From Nannocystales bacterium (GTDB lineage Bacteria; Myxococcota_A; Polyangia; Nannocystales; Nannocystaceae): 64,000 nt of DNA. Location: the NCBI GenBank assembly GCA_050633305.1, contig JBOEGF010000018.1, positions 640,001 through 704,000 on the forward strand, given 5' to 3'. This document shows positions 1-10,039 of this stretch, piece after piece. The translations under genes were made by a program, and so were the position numbers. Below the pieces are notes generated by a model that saw only the letters and a list, made by a program, of their open reading frames with translations, ran no database searches and was not told where the DNA came from. Within the stretch, counting starts at the first letter, position 1. The number at the start of each line of letters is the position of its first letter.

Positions 1-2
1 TG

Positions 3-794
3 TTCGGCGAGTTTGACCCGACCGCGTCGGAGGCCGAGATTCAAGCGCGCTTGGAGAGTCGACTGAGCGTCCTCGACACTGTCGTCGACGACCTCTCGCG
101 GATCCGCAGTAGGCTTGCGAGTGAGGAGCGGCTCAAGCTCGACCAGTACGAGGACTCGATCCGAGGGTTGGAAAACCAGCTGACCGCAATCAGTGGTTTG
201 GGGGACTGCTCGGTCCCCGAGGCGCCGGTGAACTCGCCGACCGGTCCGATTGGTGCCCACAACGACGCGTTGCCCGCGGGTTACTGGAACGCCCAGATTG
301 GCGTGTTGTCGGCAGCGCTGAGGTGTCGTTTGACCAACGTCGTGGTGTTTCGCCCGTCGCCGGGCCGGAGAACCTACTCTGAACTCTTCGGCTGGAACGA
401 CGACAAACACGACACTTCACACGGAGACCCCGACGTTCCCGACCCCCTGACCGGGCAGCTTCAGTCGATCGATGCGTACAACGCGAGCCTGCTGGCGCGG
501 CTGCTGACCGACTTGGAGGAGGTTGAAGAAGGAAACGGAACGATGCGGGACAGCACATTGGCGACGTGGCTGGACGAGGGAGGGGGCATCCATCATCATG
601 GGTACAACGACCACCCCGCGATTCTCATCGGGAACCTGGACGGGCACTTCGACACGGGGCGCTACGTCCAATACACGAAGATGCAGCATTGCATTAGCGA
701 CCTGTACGTTTCGATCCTTCAGTCCCTGGGGGTCGATGTGGATACATTCGGCAACCCCGAGACCTGCATCGGCGCTCTGCCGGGATTGACATGA
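3..794 (+). CDS. DUF1552 family protein (5'-truncated by window edge)
   Basis: Frame open from the window start (FGEFDPT...). Contains SVLDTVVDDL..RLKLDQYEDSIRGLE, a H-x-x-S-H-G motif and C-terminal GRYV..SDLYVSILQSLGV..FG, typical of myxobacterial DUF1552 proteins. Confidence 0.75.
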   Translation, partial: FGEFDPTASEAEIQARLESRLSVLDTVVDDLSRIRSRLASEERLKLDQYEDSIRGLENQLTAISGLGDCSVPEAPVNSPTGPIGAHNDALPAGYWNAQIGVLSAALRCRLTNVVVFRPSPGRRTYSELFGWNDDKHDTSHGDPDVPDPLTGQLQSIDAYNASLLARLLTDLEEVEEGNGTMRDSTLATWLDEGGGIHHHGYNDHPAILIGNLDGHFDTGRYVQYTKMQHCISDLYVSILQSLGVDVDTFGNPETCIGALPGLT

Positions 795-813
795 ACAGAC
801 GGGGTCTCCGCGG

Positions 814-837
814 CGGCGAGTCGGCGAGTCGGCGAGT
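814..837. repeat. Short tandem repeat (CGGCGAGT)x3 between convergent genes
   Basis: Three exact 8-nt copies read directly from the sequence. Confidence 0.7.
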
Positions 838-958
838 GCGGTCAGCCCGAACGCTTCGATGAGAGGCCAAGAGTCGAGGAGGGCGCGGTGTGGCCGTTGC
901 CCGCTCTGACATTGGATTCGCCACCAGCCACCTCGGCTCTTGCGGGCTCCGCTCTTTC

Positions 959-2020
959 TCAGTTGCCAAGCAGCGCCATGCGAGCCGACTGGATTTCGGA
1001 GAACTCGTCGCGCATGGCCACAACCTGCCCGGCCAGGAGCGTGCGAGGGTCGAGGACCATCAGCAGTGTCGTCGTCACGGGATGAAGGACGCGGTCAGTC
1101 CAGGTCGGCTCCGGTGCTTCTGGCAGCGCGGTCGAGGGATCGCGGGCGAGCTCCATCACCGTTTCGTATGCCGTGTTGAACCGGGCCGTGGCGTGGGCCT
1201 CGTCGTAGAGCCAATGCGGCGGCCAGAAGGTGTCGTCCCCGAGCACGGCGGCCCCGTTCGCGCTATTGACCTGTGCGAGGGCGTCGCGCGTGTAGAGGTA
1301 GCTGCCGATCACGATATTCTGCAAGATCGCCGCGTCGACATCGATCGACTCGAGCGCGGTCACGAGGCTCTCTTGCGTCTGTGCCGAGACCTCGGCGCCC
1401 TGCGCGACGCGAAGCTGCAGCACTGCGGCAAGACCGAGCGAGGCGAGGAGCATGGCCGCCGACACGCGCGCGCTCATCGGTCCTCGAGCGCTGCGGAGAT
1501 ACTGCGCCTGGTGGCGGATCATCACAGCGGCCCGTTGCAGCGCGGCGTCTTCGTCGCCGCGCACCGCGTGCCACAGGGCTTCAGCGAGTGCGACGCGATG
1601 GAGCCGGAACATGTCGAAGTGGTGGCACCGGACGGACATGTTCATGGGGCAGGCGTCGGCGAACGCAGTCGCCTCAGTGCCGTGCGCCCAACGAGCGATG
1701 GCCCTCGACCCCTCGGGCGACTGCACGAAGCGTTCGAGCTCCAGGCGCAGCGGGGTGATCGACGCCCAGCTCTCCCGGGCCGAGACGTTGCCGAGCATCG
1801 CGATGGCGTCCCGGGTCGCGTCGGGAATCTCCGGTGTCATCGCCCCATTGGAGAATGTGTCCTGTAGCGTCTGCCACCCATTGTCGGACGGCACCGGCGG
1901 GAGGTCATCCGCGGTCCACCGAGCCGGGGCTGGCGTGCTCGAAGCGGTGCATCGGTAGGCACAAGTCCCGAGCGCGGAAATCCCGAGCACAGCGAGCACC
2001 AGCTTGTGACGAGGCCCCAT
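959..2020 (-). CDS. Hypothetical exported/membrane-anchored protein
   Basis: 353-aa ORF with an N-terminal hydrophobic segment (KLVLAVLGISALGTC); no family recognised. Confidence 0.6.
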   Translation of the reverse strand: MGPRHKLVLAVLGISALGTCAYRCTASSTPAPARWTADDLPPVPSDNGWQTLQDTFSNGAMTPEIPDATRDAIAMLGNVSARESWASITPLRLELERFVQSPEGSRAIARWAHGTEATAFADACPMNMSVRCHHFDMFRLHRVALAEALWHAVRGDEDAALQRAAVMIRHQAQYLRSARGPMSARVSAAMLLASLGLAAVLQLRVAQGAEVSAQTQESLVTALESIDVDAAILQNIVIGSYLYTRDALAQVNSANGAAVLGDDTFWPPHWLYDEAHATARFNTAYETVMELARDPSTALPEAPEPTWTDRVLHPVTTTLLMVLDPRTLLAGQVVAMRDEFSEIQSARMALLGN

Positions 2021-2155
2021 GGGTGGTCAGACTCCGAGACGTTCGCCCGTATTCCGTGTGGCTCGAGCAGCGACTCGCGAAGCCCGATCGCCCGTGCTCA
2101 AGGGTTCGGTGCCGCACGGACTCTGCGGCAAGCCCAATGAGTTCTTAATTAAAGT

Positions 2156-2170
2156 TGAAAGTCATTTTCA
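2156..2170. promoter_or_regulatory. Palindromic operator TGAAA-N5-TTTCA (Fur-box-like) in an AT-rich patch
   Basis: Sequence TTAATTAAAGTTGAAAGTCATTTTCA in a GC-rich background, about 30 nt upstream of the methyltransferase start. Confidence 0.45.
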
Positions 2171-2201
2171 GTAGGCTAGGGTTGTTGGCCTAGAAGGCCC
2201 G

Positions 2202-3041
2202 ATGAAACACTCCTTTGACCTCGGTTCGGTTCAAGAAACCCTGCTCATCCCGTTGCTCGCCCGTGCCGTGGAGACCAGCAAAGACAACGGATTCCTCGAG
2301 GATCCGAAGGCGGTGAAGATCGTGGACGAGCTCGACTACGACTTCAGCAAATGGCGCGGCCACTCCGCCCTGTCGGGCGCGTGCTTGCGGACGTGTGTGT
2401 TCGATCAGATCACGCGCCGGTTTCTCGAGGCGCACCCAGAGGGGACGATCGTGGAGATCGGTTGTGGCCTCAATACGAGGTTCGAGCGCCTCGACAACGC
2501 GAAGGCGCAATGGTTCGAGCTCGACCTTGCCGACAGCATCGAGTTGCGGCGACGGTTCTTCGACGACGAGCCGCGACGCACGATGCTCGCGGGCAGTGTG
2601 GTCGACTCAGACTGGATGGACGCGGTCGCGGAGACGGGCGGTCCAACCCTGTTCTTGTCGGAGGCGGTGCTGATCTACTTGGAACTCGAACAGGTCAAGA
2701 CCGCGGTCACGCAGATCGCGAAGCGCTTTCCGGGCGCATGGTTTGCGACCGACACGTGTGCGACGAAGATGACGACCGACAAGGCGGCTCAGCGCGCGAT
2801 GAAGGACTACGGGATTCGGAGCTGGTTCAGGTGGCCGTGCGACGATCCGAAGTCACTCGAGTCCTGGCACCCCGGAATCGAGCTGGTGTCGTCGCAGACG
2901 ATGCCCGAGTCGTCACCCGACCTGTTGGCCAAGATTCCGTGGTCGTGGCGGGCGATGATGAAAGTCGCGCCCTGGCTCGTTCGCCGCATGACGGCCGGCT
3001 ATCGGCTCAACGAGTTTCGGCTCGGCTCAGTGCCGAACTGA
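2202..3041 (+). CDS. Class I SAM-dependent methyltransferase, LCM/TcmP-like O-methyltransferase family
   Basis: LGSVQETLLIPLLARA N-terminus, IVEIGCGLNTRFERLD SAM motif, WFELDL and EAVLIYL motifs. Confidence 0.85.
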   Translation: MKHSFDLGSVQETLLIPLLARAVETSKDNGFLEDPKAVKIVDELDYDFSKWRGHSALSGACLRTCVFDQITRRFLEAHPEGTIVEIGCGLNTRFERLDNAKAQWFELDLADSIELRRRFFDDEPRRTMLAGSVVDSDWMDAVAETGGPTLFLSEAVLIYLELEQVKTAVTQIAKRFPGAWFATDTCATKMTTDKAAQRAMKDYGIRSWFRWPCDDPKSLESWHPGIELVSSQTMPESSPDLLAKIPWSWRAMMKVAPWLVRRMTAGYRLNEFRLGSVPN

Positions 3042-3280
3042 GGTCCATCCATGGGCGAGCCGAGGCGTCCGGCAACACGGAGGACGCAGACATCCCGGGC
3101 GTGGGGCGCCTCTGTGCGTGCGGCCAAAGAGCGCGACCCCGATGTGAAGACGGTCCTCCCCGGCCCGGGCGGGCTCCGACTGCTCGGCCGCACCATCGCC
3201 TTGGCGGACTCGGGGGTCGCGGCCGGGTGAGCGATCGAAGCAGTTAAACCGATCGGCAGCGGCGGTATCTACCACTGGCG

Positions 3281-4785
3281 ATGAGACTCCCCCTCCTGCT
3301 TCCCTTGTGTTCCGGGGCCCTGGTGGCCGTCTTGGGTCTGCCGACCGACGTGAACGCAGCGATGATCCTCGTCAACGATCTCACAGACGTCGTGTCCAAC
3401 GATGGCCGCTGCACACTGCGCGAGGCGATCACGGCCGCCGAGACGGACACCGCTTCGGGGAGTGCGTCGGGCGAGTGTGGCGCAGGATCGGGGACCGATA
3501 TCGTGTCCCTTCCTTCCGGCCGGATTCACCTCACCGGCAGCACCCCGCTGAACGTGAACACGATGGTCTTCGTCATCGGGACTGGGCCGACCTCCAGTGT
3601 CATCGACGCGGGCGGCATGTCGGACACGGCGATCCGTGTACACACCAGTGGATTCCTCGAGCTGCAGTCGCTGGGCTTCGAGAACGCCTGGGTCGATCCC
3701 GCGTACTCCAGAGGAGGTATCCACGTTGGCGGATTCTTCGTCGCTCGTGGTTCCCGTTTTGCACACAACTTCGGGTTCGTTGGCGTCATGGACGTCATCC
3801 TCGGCAAGGCCGTCATTCTCGACTCCGTCTTCGAGCACAATGCTTGCGACGTATCGCCCTGGTCGGGGTGGGGGGTCGACTGGGGGGGCACAATCGGAGC
3901 CAGTCACGGTGGGGAAGTCGACGTCGGGTCGTCCACGTTCCGCGACAACTTCTGTGACAGCCATGGCGGCGCACTCAACGGAACATCCGGCGCAGTCATC
4001 ACGGTCGAGGACACCGTGTTCACCCGCAACGACGTCACGCTCGGCGGAGGCGCAATCTCGGTCGCGGCGGCTCCAGCCTGAGCCTCCTGCGCTCACAGAT
4101 CGATGACAGCACGGCCGACGTCGGAGGTGCGATCTATGCCGACGGAGCGGAACAGCTCTGGATCATGGAGTCCAGGATCGATGGCGGTGTGGCGACGGCC
4201 GCTGCCGGGGGAGTGTGGAGCGACTCCACCTTGACGGTCATCGAAGACTCGAGCGTCACCCACTGTGACGCGCCAGTGGGCGGAGCGATCTATGGGCGCG
4301 ATTTCGGAGGCTCGACGACTCTGTACGTCGACACCACAACGTTCAGCGCCAACACGGCCAGCGTCGGGCAAGCGATTTTCGCAAACACCGGGGCGCGGTT
4401 CGAGATGCGTCACGCGACCATCGACGACCATGGTCATGGCTCCCTCATCGGCAGCGGTACGGGCCGGATCGAACTCTATAGTTCGATTCTCGACGGTCCG
4501 AGCGGGCCACACATCGCGGGGTCCGTCCACAGCAATGGCTACAACGTGGTTCCACCAGGGACGACGCTCGGGGGTTGGAAGAGCACCGACCACAACGCCA
4601 TCGCCGCACTTGATCCGCTCGCGCTCGATGGGAACGGCACGTTCTTCCACCCGGTCCCTCTCGCCAGCCCTGCGAACGGAGTCGGGTGGGTACCGTCCGC
4701 GGACTACGACCAGATCGGGACCCTCCGTCTCCCTGGGGTTTGCGACGCGGGGGCGGTCGAGTCGCGGGCGCGGGAGCCCCTCTAG
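3281..4785 (+). pseudogene. CSLREA-domain / right-handed beta-helix / choice-of-anchor Q protein split by a frameshift near 4060 (or a sequencing error)
   Basis: N-part 3281-4081 has a signal peptide and VNDLTD..DGRCTLREAI. GGAI(Y) repeats continue in another frame from about 4060 (GRGGSSLSLLRSQIDDSTADVGGAIY) to the C-terminal DQIG..R..CDAGAVES at 4785. Confidence 0.75.
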
Positions 4786-5125
4786 CGGGAGAGTTGGACG
4801 CGTCGCTCGACAGCGCGGGCTCGAACTCGGAGACCTCGCCGTCGGGCGGCACGACCAAGGGGCGGATGGGCGTCGGAGGGAGCGTAGGGATGCCGGCGGG
4901 CTCGCGGTGAGGGAGGGCGTGATAGGTGCAAGTGCTTAGGGCTGAAACAACATCAGGTGTCCGCGAGGAGAGGGGCGCGGTGGATCGGCATCGGGCCTTG
5001 GCACCGCCGGTCACCAAGACGGTGAAACTTGAGCTTCGCCCGAGTCCGTCGCCTTGAGAGCCCCGAGCAAGGCAGGCTCTCTTCGGAACGTGCTCGAATG
5101 CTGCGGAGATGGTCTAATCAAGGGC

Positions 5126-5569
5126 ATGTCGGTTAGACTGGTTGTTTGTCATTCGTGTTCTCAGCATGTTGCTGTCACAGAGCCGAACTGTGTCCATTGC
5201 GGAACCGAGTTGGTCATCGCGGACGGCCACTTCGTGGGCCGTACCGCGGTCGCGGTGTTGATGGGGCTTTCGCTGGCTGGGTGCCCAGCAGACGACGAAT
5301 CCGAATCGGGCGCCACGACCGATGCGGTCGGAGAAAGCGCGGCGGCATATGGGAATCCCGAGAGTGAGTCCGACTCGCTCGATGACACCGCAACGGTGAC
5401 TCCGACGACGGCAACGAGCTCCTCCGGCACCGGAGGTGGCAGTACTGGCGACGGCAGTGAGGGGAGTGGAACGAGCACTGGCGGGGACAGTGACACCGAC
5501 AGCTCATCCGGAGGGTCGAGTTCTGGGTCGGGCTCGACCGGTGGCACGAGCAGCTCGACCAGCGGCTGA
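5126..5569 (+). CDS. Small myxobacterial protein: N-terminal zinc ribbon, hydrophobic helix with lipobox, AYG motif, Ser/Gly/Thr tail
   Basis: CHSC...CVHC, AVAVLMGLSLAGC, AAAYGNP, low-complexity tail. Confidence 0.7.
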   Translation: MSVRLVVCHSCSQHVAVTEPNCVHCGTELVIADGHFVGRTAVAVLMGLSLAGCPADDESESGATTDAVGESAAAYGNPESESDSLDDTATVTPTTATSSSGTGGGSTGDGSEGSGTSTGGDSDTDSSSGGSSSGSGSTGGTSSSTSG

Positions 5570-5877
5570 CGTGCCGTTCTTCGCGCGTCGCGGATGCACG
5601 AAGGGGCGGTCTGCACGTGCGCTGAAACAGAAGTGCTTCTCCGGCAACGGCCTTGTCTCGCAGTCGTTCCCTCGGCGCCGATGTCGGGAAGTTCGCGGGT
5701 CAGAACACGGCTTCCACCAGTTCCCCGATTTCGAAGATTGGAGGGCACCTCGAGGACTTCTGAGGTCGATCCTGGGACAAGAACCGCTCGGGGGTCATCC
5801 CGAGTTCACGCCCCGCGGAGACTGTTCGGACCGGGCGGCGGGCAGGTCTCCGACAACGCCGGGACGTGCGCCGCAGG

Positions 5878-6588
5878 TCAACCCGGCGGGGGGTCGGCGG
5901 TTTCAACTTCGACCCGGATCTCCCGTTCGTGGCGCCCAGGCCCCTCGTGATGGTCTTCGATCTGAACCTCGACTCGGCTCGGGGGCGGGAGGCCCTTGGC
6001 GGCGAAGTCCGCCAGGATGCGGGCGCGAGCTTGCTCCGCGCTGTCGCCGTCGACGACCCACCCGAGGGCCCGGTGCGAAAGCATGCCACCAAGGGTTCCG
6101 TGCACGGTCTCGTCCAGGGCGTCAACGTCGATGTCTGTTGGGGCCAGGGCGTCGAAATGTTCGAGGAGCGAGACCTCGATGGCGTCCGGGTTCGACGACC
6201 CGACCACATCGAGCACCACGTCGAACTGAACTTGCTCGTCGCTGCCGTCATCCCGCTGGACGATCGACTTCGAGGCTGAGATGCGCAGCTCGTCGACGCC
6301 GTTGAACCGGCTCCGGATGTGCTCGGAGAGCGCTCGGGGATCGAAGGCCCCGTCGTCGACGCTGAACGCGAGCCGGTGGCCGAAGTCCATCGAGTAGTCG
6401 GTCGGGATCGCACACGCGCCCGCGAATGCGAGACCTGCGAGGCCGCCGATAAGCGTGCGTCTCCGCCACGCAGATGGGCGGCGAGGCGGTAGCTTCTCGA
6501 GCAAAGCCCGCTCGAGTGCATCGCGAACCTTGGGGTCCGCGGGGGGCGGTGCCGGGTAGAGTTCGGCGAGTCGGTCACGAATGCGCAT
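5878..6588 (-). CDS. Putative membrane-anchored anti-sigma factor
   Basis: Overlaps the 3' end of an ECF sigma gene. Short cytoplasmic N-terminus, one TM (TLIGGLAGLAFAGACAI), then an extracytoplasmic domain. Confidence 0.6.
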   Translation of the reverse strand: MRIRDRLAELYPAPPPADPKVRDALERALLEKLPPRRPSAWRRRTLIGGLAGLAFAGACAIPTDYSMDFGHRLAFSVDDGAFDPRALSEHIRSRFNGVDELRISASKSIVQRDDGSDEQVQFDVVLDVVGSSNPDAIEVSLLEHFDALAPTDIDVDALDETVHGTLGGMLSHRALGWVVDGDSAEQARARILADFAAKGLPPPSRVEVQIEDHHEGPGRHEREIRVEVETADPPPG

Positions 6589-7168
6589 GAGCGGCCTCTT
6601 CTTCGGGGGGTGTTTTTTCGAGTTGTTGTTTGATCGCCCGGAGGGCTCGTGAAAAGCGTTGCTTGACGGCGGATTCGCTCATGTTCAGCACCACAGCGAT
6701 CTCCGCGACGGTCAGACCTTCGCCGTACCGGAGCGCGAACATCTCGCGTGTGGCTGGGGGATGCCCGGCCAAAGCATCGCGCACCTGCTGCTGTCGGGTG
6801 TCGAGGTCGCCACCGTCGGGGGCAAAACGTCCGTCGGCGAGAAGGTGTTCAACGTCTTCGAGAGGCGCGACGTCTTGGCGGCCGGCCTTTCGCACGTGGT
6901 CGATGAGGGTGTTGCGCGCGATGGTCAGTACCCAACCCCGGACGCCCCCTTTCGAAGCGTCGTAGCGGCCGATGCGATCGACAAACCGATGCAACGTGTC
7001 CGCGGTGAGGTCCTCGGCGTCCGCGCGCACCCGAACACGCGCGGCAAGGTAGCCGTAGACGAGCGGGTGCAGCATGGAGAACAAGGCCGAGAAGGCTCTC
7101 GCGTCTCCACGCTGGGCTCGCCGCACCAGTCGGGCGAGGCGAAACCGTTGAAGGTGGCCGATGGCCAT
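6575..7168 (-). CDS. ECF-type RNA polymerase sigma-70 factor
   Basis: LVRRAQRGDARAF, DAEDLTAD, GWVLTIARNTLIDHVRK (region 2); LRYGEGLTVAEIAVVLNMSESAVKQRFSRAL (region 4). ATG at 7168. Confidence 0.9.
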   Translation of the reverse strand: MAIGHLQRFRLARLVRRAQRGDARAFSALFSMLHPLVYGYLAARVRVRADAEDLTADTLHRFVDRIGRYDASKGGVRGWVLTIARNTLIDHVRKAGRQDVAPLEDVEHLLADGRFAPDGGDLDTRQQQVRDALAGHPPATREMFALRYGEGLTVAEIAVVLNMSESAVKQRFSRALRAIKQQLEKTPPEEEAAHAHS

Positions 7169-7172
7169 CGAA

Positions 7173-7739
7173 CTACTCGGGTTGCGCCTCGTGCTGTTCG
7201 AGTCGGACCTCGACCCGTCGCTCGCCATCCTCGTCCACCACATCGACGTGAATGTCGCCTTCGACGCCGTCGGCTCGGAGCTTCTCGATGACCTCGGCTT
7301 TGACTTCGTCGGGGGTCTTGTCCTTGTCGGCCGCGATGGCGATGCCTTCCGCGTCGACCGGGCCGTGCGGGACAGCAGCGTCCTCGATCGAGACAGAGGC
7401 GTCACCGAGCCCATCGAAGTCTGCGACCGCGACTTGCAGCTCGTCGGGACTTGGCATGTCGAGACCGGCCAAGGTGAGGCGTGCTCGGGTGGGGCCATCG
7501 TTGGCCTGCTCGATTGCGAGCTCGACCGACTGAATCTCGGCGAGACCCTCGAGGTGCTTGGCCAACGCGTGCAGGGTACTCGCGTCAAGATCGCCCTCGA
7601 GCACTACCGCGCGGGCTTCGGCTTCGCCCGGATTGGAGGGCGCCTCGGCCGCTCGGGGTTCGCTGGCGGTGTCGTTGGAGGTCGCGCAACCGAGGGAAAG
7701 CGCGGCGAGAAGGGCACAGAAGGGGAGTCGTGCAGTCAT
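7173..7739 (-). CDS. Lipoprotein, first gene of the ECF operon
   Basis: Lipobox ALSLGC; AGGAGA RBS; 4 nt from the sigma start. Confidence 0.75.
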   Translation of the reverse strand: MTARLPFCALLAALSLGCATSNDTASEPRAAEAPSNPGEAEARAVVLEGDLDASTLHALAKHLEGLAEIQSVELAIEQANDGPTRARLTLAGLDMPSPDELQVAVADFDGLGDASVSIEDAAVPHGPVDAEGIAIAADKDKTPDEVKAEVIEKLRADGVEGDIHVDVVDEDGERRVEVRLEQHEAQPE

Positions 7740-7751
7740 GTCAGCGTCTCC

Positions 7752-7778
7752 TACGGTGGCGTGCCCGAAAGGGTGACA
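7752..7778 (-). promoter_or_regulatory. Candidate ECF-dependent (autoregulatory) promoter TGTCACC-N16-CGTA
   Basis: Minus strand reads TGTCACC CTTTCGGGCACGCCAC CGTA GGAGA just upstream of the operon; the spacing resembles ECF -35/-10 elements. Confidence 0.45.
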
Positions 7779-7822
7779 TGGGCCCCGAGAAAAGACTCGG
7801 GACCCTCAGTGCGCCCCTGCGG

Positions 7823-9931
7823 CTATTTGCAGCCGCTCATCTCGGGGAAGGAGCAGTTCCCGTCCGTGCAGGTGTTTTCGATCGAGCCAGTCCGGAAGAA
7901 GGTGTCCATCTGTTGCCGCGCTTCATCAAGCCCACGAACCCTCCCGTGTGGGTCCTCGCAGGCCCGCTGCGGCGTGTTGGTCACGGGGTCGGCCGGAAGC
8001 CCGAACTCGTACTCGACATACGCGGATCCTGCGATCGGCCCGGCCTCGGAGTCGAGCCCCCAGATCTCTCGAATCCCGGTGTCGAGGTGCGGGATGTCCA
8101 GCGAGCGCGACATGATATGCGCGCCGAAGTTGGTGACTTGGTGATCCCCGACGGCCGCGCGAATGAGGACTTCTTTGGGGTCGGTGCCTGGGAACGTATC
8201 GCCGAGCAGGTACGGCGCGTAGCCGGTGGGCTCGATGCGGTCCCACAGCATCTGTGCGTAGTTGAGCAGCATCATGTGGTCGCGGGAGTCCGGGTAGCTG
8301 GCGCGCATGATGTCGAAGAACAGATCGAAGTCGACGCTGCGGCTGAGCAACACGTTGTAGGGCATGCCCGGCACACCGAAGGTGCCTCGCTGAACGTCGG
8401 TCGACAGAGCCATGTACGTGGGGCCGTAGATGCCGCCCTGACTGATGCCGAGGTAGTGGCCGGCGCTGTTGTCGATGAGCGCCCCGTACGTTTCGTCCTG
8501 CGCGAACGTGGTGAGCATCATTCGCATCGCGACGAGGGAGTTGACCATGCCCTGCTGCTGACGATCGATGACCTGCTTGAACTGGTCGAACGAGCCGTTG
8601 CCGAGCATGGCGCCGATGAACAACTCATCATCCTCCGAGAACCCGATGAAGGTGACGCCGAACAGCGCGTAGCCGTAGTCGTTGATGAACTCGCGGAAGT
8701 GTCCGCTCTCGATCTGCGATTTGCTCCCCAGCAGGCCGTGTCCGTACTGCAGAGGGCGAACGGGGGTGGTGGCTGCCGAGGTCGGAATCAGAATCTCGAC
8801 CTCGAACATCGCGGTGCCGGTGGGCTCGGGCATGCCGTCGTCGCCAAACTGCAAGGTCGACAGCGGCGCGACTTGGTCGAGGTACATCGGTACCTCCAGG
8901 TCGAGGAAGATGCGGTGGGCGATCAAGCCCTCTTTGTCCCACTCGTCGTCGACGCTGGTGATCGTGTAGCTGGGTCCGTCCTCCCCGATGAGGTCGAAGG
9001 CTTCGTCCCGCATGTGAACCATCCACCCGGTGTTGTTCTCGCGGGAGGAGGTCGAGAAGTCCCACGCAAGCTGGAGGCTGTCGCGGTCGATGCCCGCGGC
9101 GGTGGTGTGCGTGAAGATGTCTCCGTACAGAGGGCGACGGTCGTTGATCGCGTCGTCGTCCGAGTCGCTACGGTCTCGGAGGGCGGCAAAGCCGTCCGTC
9201 GCTGAGATCGTGTTGCCGTCGCCGTCTTGCAGCCCTCGAATGGCGACGATGTACCGCGACGCGTCATTGAGGCGAATCGCCGGACGAATCATGAACAACC
9301 GCTGGGCATCGTCGGACCCCGTGGCGTCGAGGTCGACCCAGTGCGGCACCCGTTCGCCTGTGGTGACATCGAGAAGCACGGTCGGCGAGTCGTCTTCCAA
9401 CGAGCGGGGAATGGAGACCGCAGTTGCGACCGTGGCGGCCGTCAGCGAGTCTTGGGTCACGTCGGGGAAGTGGGCACTGATTGCGATGCCGGGGGAGAAG
9501 CCGTCCAGCTCATTCCAGGGCGTCGGGTCTGCGCTGAGTCCTGCGGCGTCGGCCGGGAGGAGTTCCTGGGCCAGCATCACGCGGCGGCCCGTGCTCGTGG
9601 CCTTGTCCTCGACCGTGTAGACGTTGGAGGGGAACGGGGCCGAGCAGTACGTGGGTACCAGCGGATCGCAGCCGAGTAGGGGCCAGTCTTCGGCGGCGGG
9701 CTCGGGTCCCAAGCCCGTCGAGCTGCCGTCGGCGGCGGTGGTCGTCGGTCCGCTCGTGGACTCCGCGGCGGTCGTGGTGCCGCCCATCGTGGTGTCGGCC
9801 GAGCTTGTCGAGCCACCCGTGCTGCCTCCGGCCGAGGGCCCGTCGTCACCGCATCCGGGGGCGAACGAGACGAGTCCGGTCAAGACGAGCGCCGTGGCGC
9901 GCTGGGTCAGGCTTCCAAGTTCGAACCGCAT
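7823..9931 (-). CDS. Secreted lipoprotein with alpha/beta-hydrolase (lipase-like) domain
   Basis: Lipobox APGC, Ser/Thr linker, PFPSN and NELDGFS motifs, YGHGLLG, nucleophile elbow GISQGG. Confidence 0.75.
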   Translation of the reverse strand: MRFELGSLTQRATALVLTGLVSFAPGCGDDGPSAGGSTGGSTSSADTTMGGTTTAAESTSGPTTTAADGSSTGLGPEPAAEDWPLLGCDPLVPTYCSAPFPSNVYTVEDKATSTGRRVMLAQELLPADAAGLSADPTPWNELDGFSPGIAISAHFPDVTQDSLTAATVATAVSIPRSLEDDSPTVLLDVTTGERVPHWVDLDATGSDDAQRLFMIRPAIRLNDASRYIVAIRGLQDGDGNTISATDGFAALRDRSDSDDDAINDRRPLYGDIFTHTTAAGIDRDSLQLAWDFSTSSRENNTGWMVHMRDEAFDLIGEDGPSYTITSVDDEWDKEGLIAHRIFLDLEVPMYLDQVAPLSTLQFGDDGMPEPTGTAMFEVEILIPTSAATTPVRPLQYGHGLLGSKSQIESGHFREFINDYGYALFGVTFIGFSEDDELFIGAMLGNGSFDQFKQVIDRQQQGMVNSLVAMRMMLTTFAQDETYGALIDNSAGHYLGISQGGIYGPTYMALSTDVQRGTFGVPGMPYNVLLSRSVDFDLFFDIMRASYPDSRDHMMLLNYAQMLWDRIEPTGYAPYLLGDTFPGTDPKEVLIRAAVGDHQVTNFGAHIMSRSLDIPHLDTGIREIWGLDSEAGPIAGSAYVEYEFGLPADPVTNTPQRACEDPHGRVRGLDEARQQMDTFFRTGSIENTCTDGNCSFPEMSGCK

Positions 9932-10039
9932 TCGGGGAACATACAACACGGCACACAGGCGCGGATTTTGAGGCAATGAAGCCGCCGGACATCGTTTCGG
10001 CCCAAGGGCTGGGCGCGCGGCCTTGCTGTGACACGGAGT

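Noticed and set aside
4079..4081. TGA as a possible selenocysteine codon, since selA is in the window
   Set aside because: In-frame read-through gives no sensible sequence; the protein continues in a different frame, so a frameshift explains it.
7481..9205. Long alternative-frame ORFs here and elsewhere (e.g. 25487-28045, 19033-20745, 54538-56457)
   Set aside because: They lie antisense to well-supported genes and have Arg/Gly/Val-rich, motif-free translations typical of high-GC shadow ORFs.
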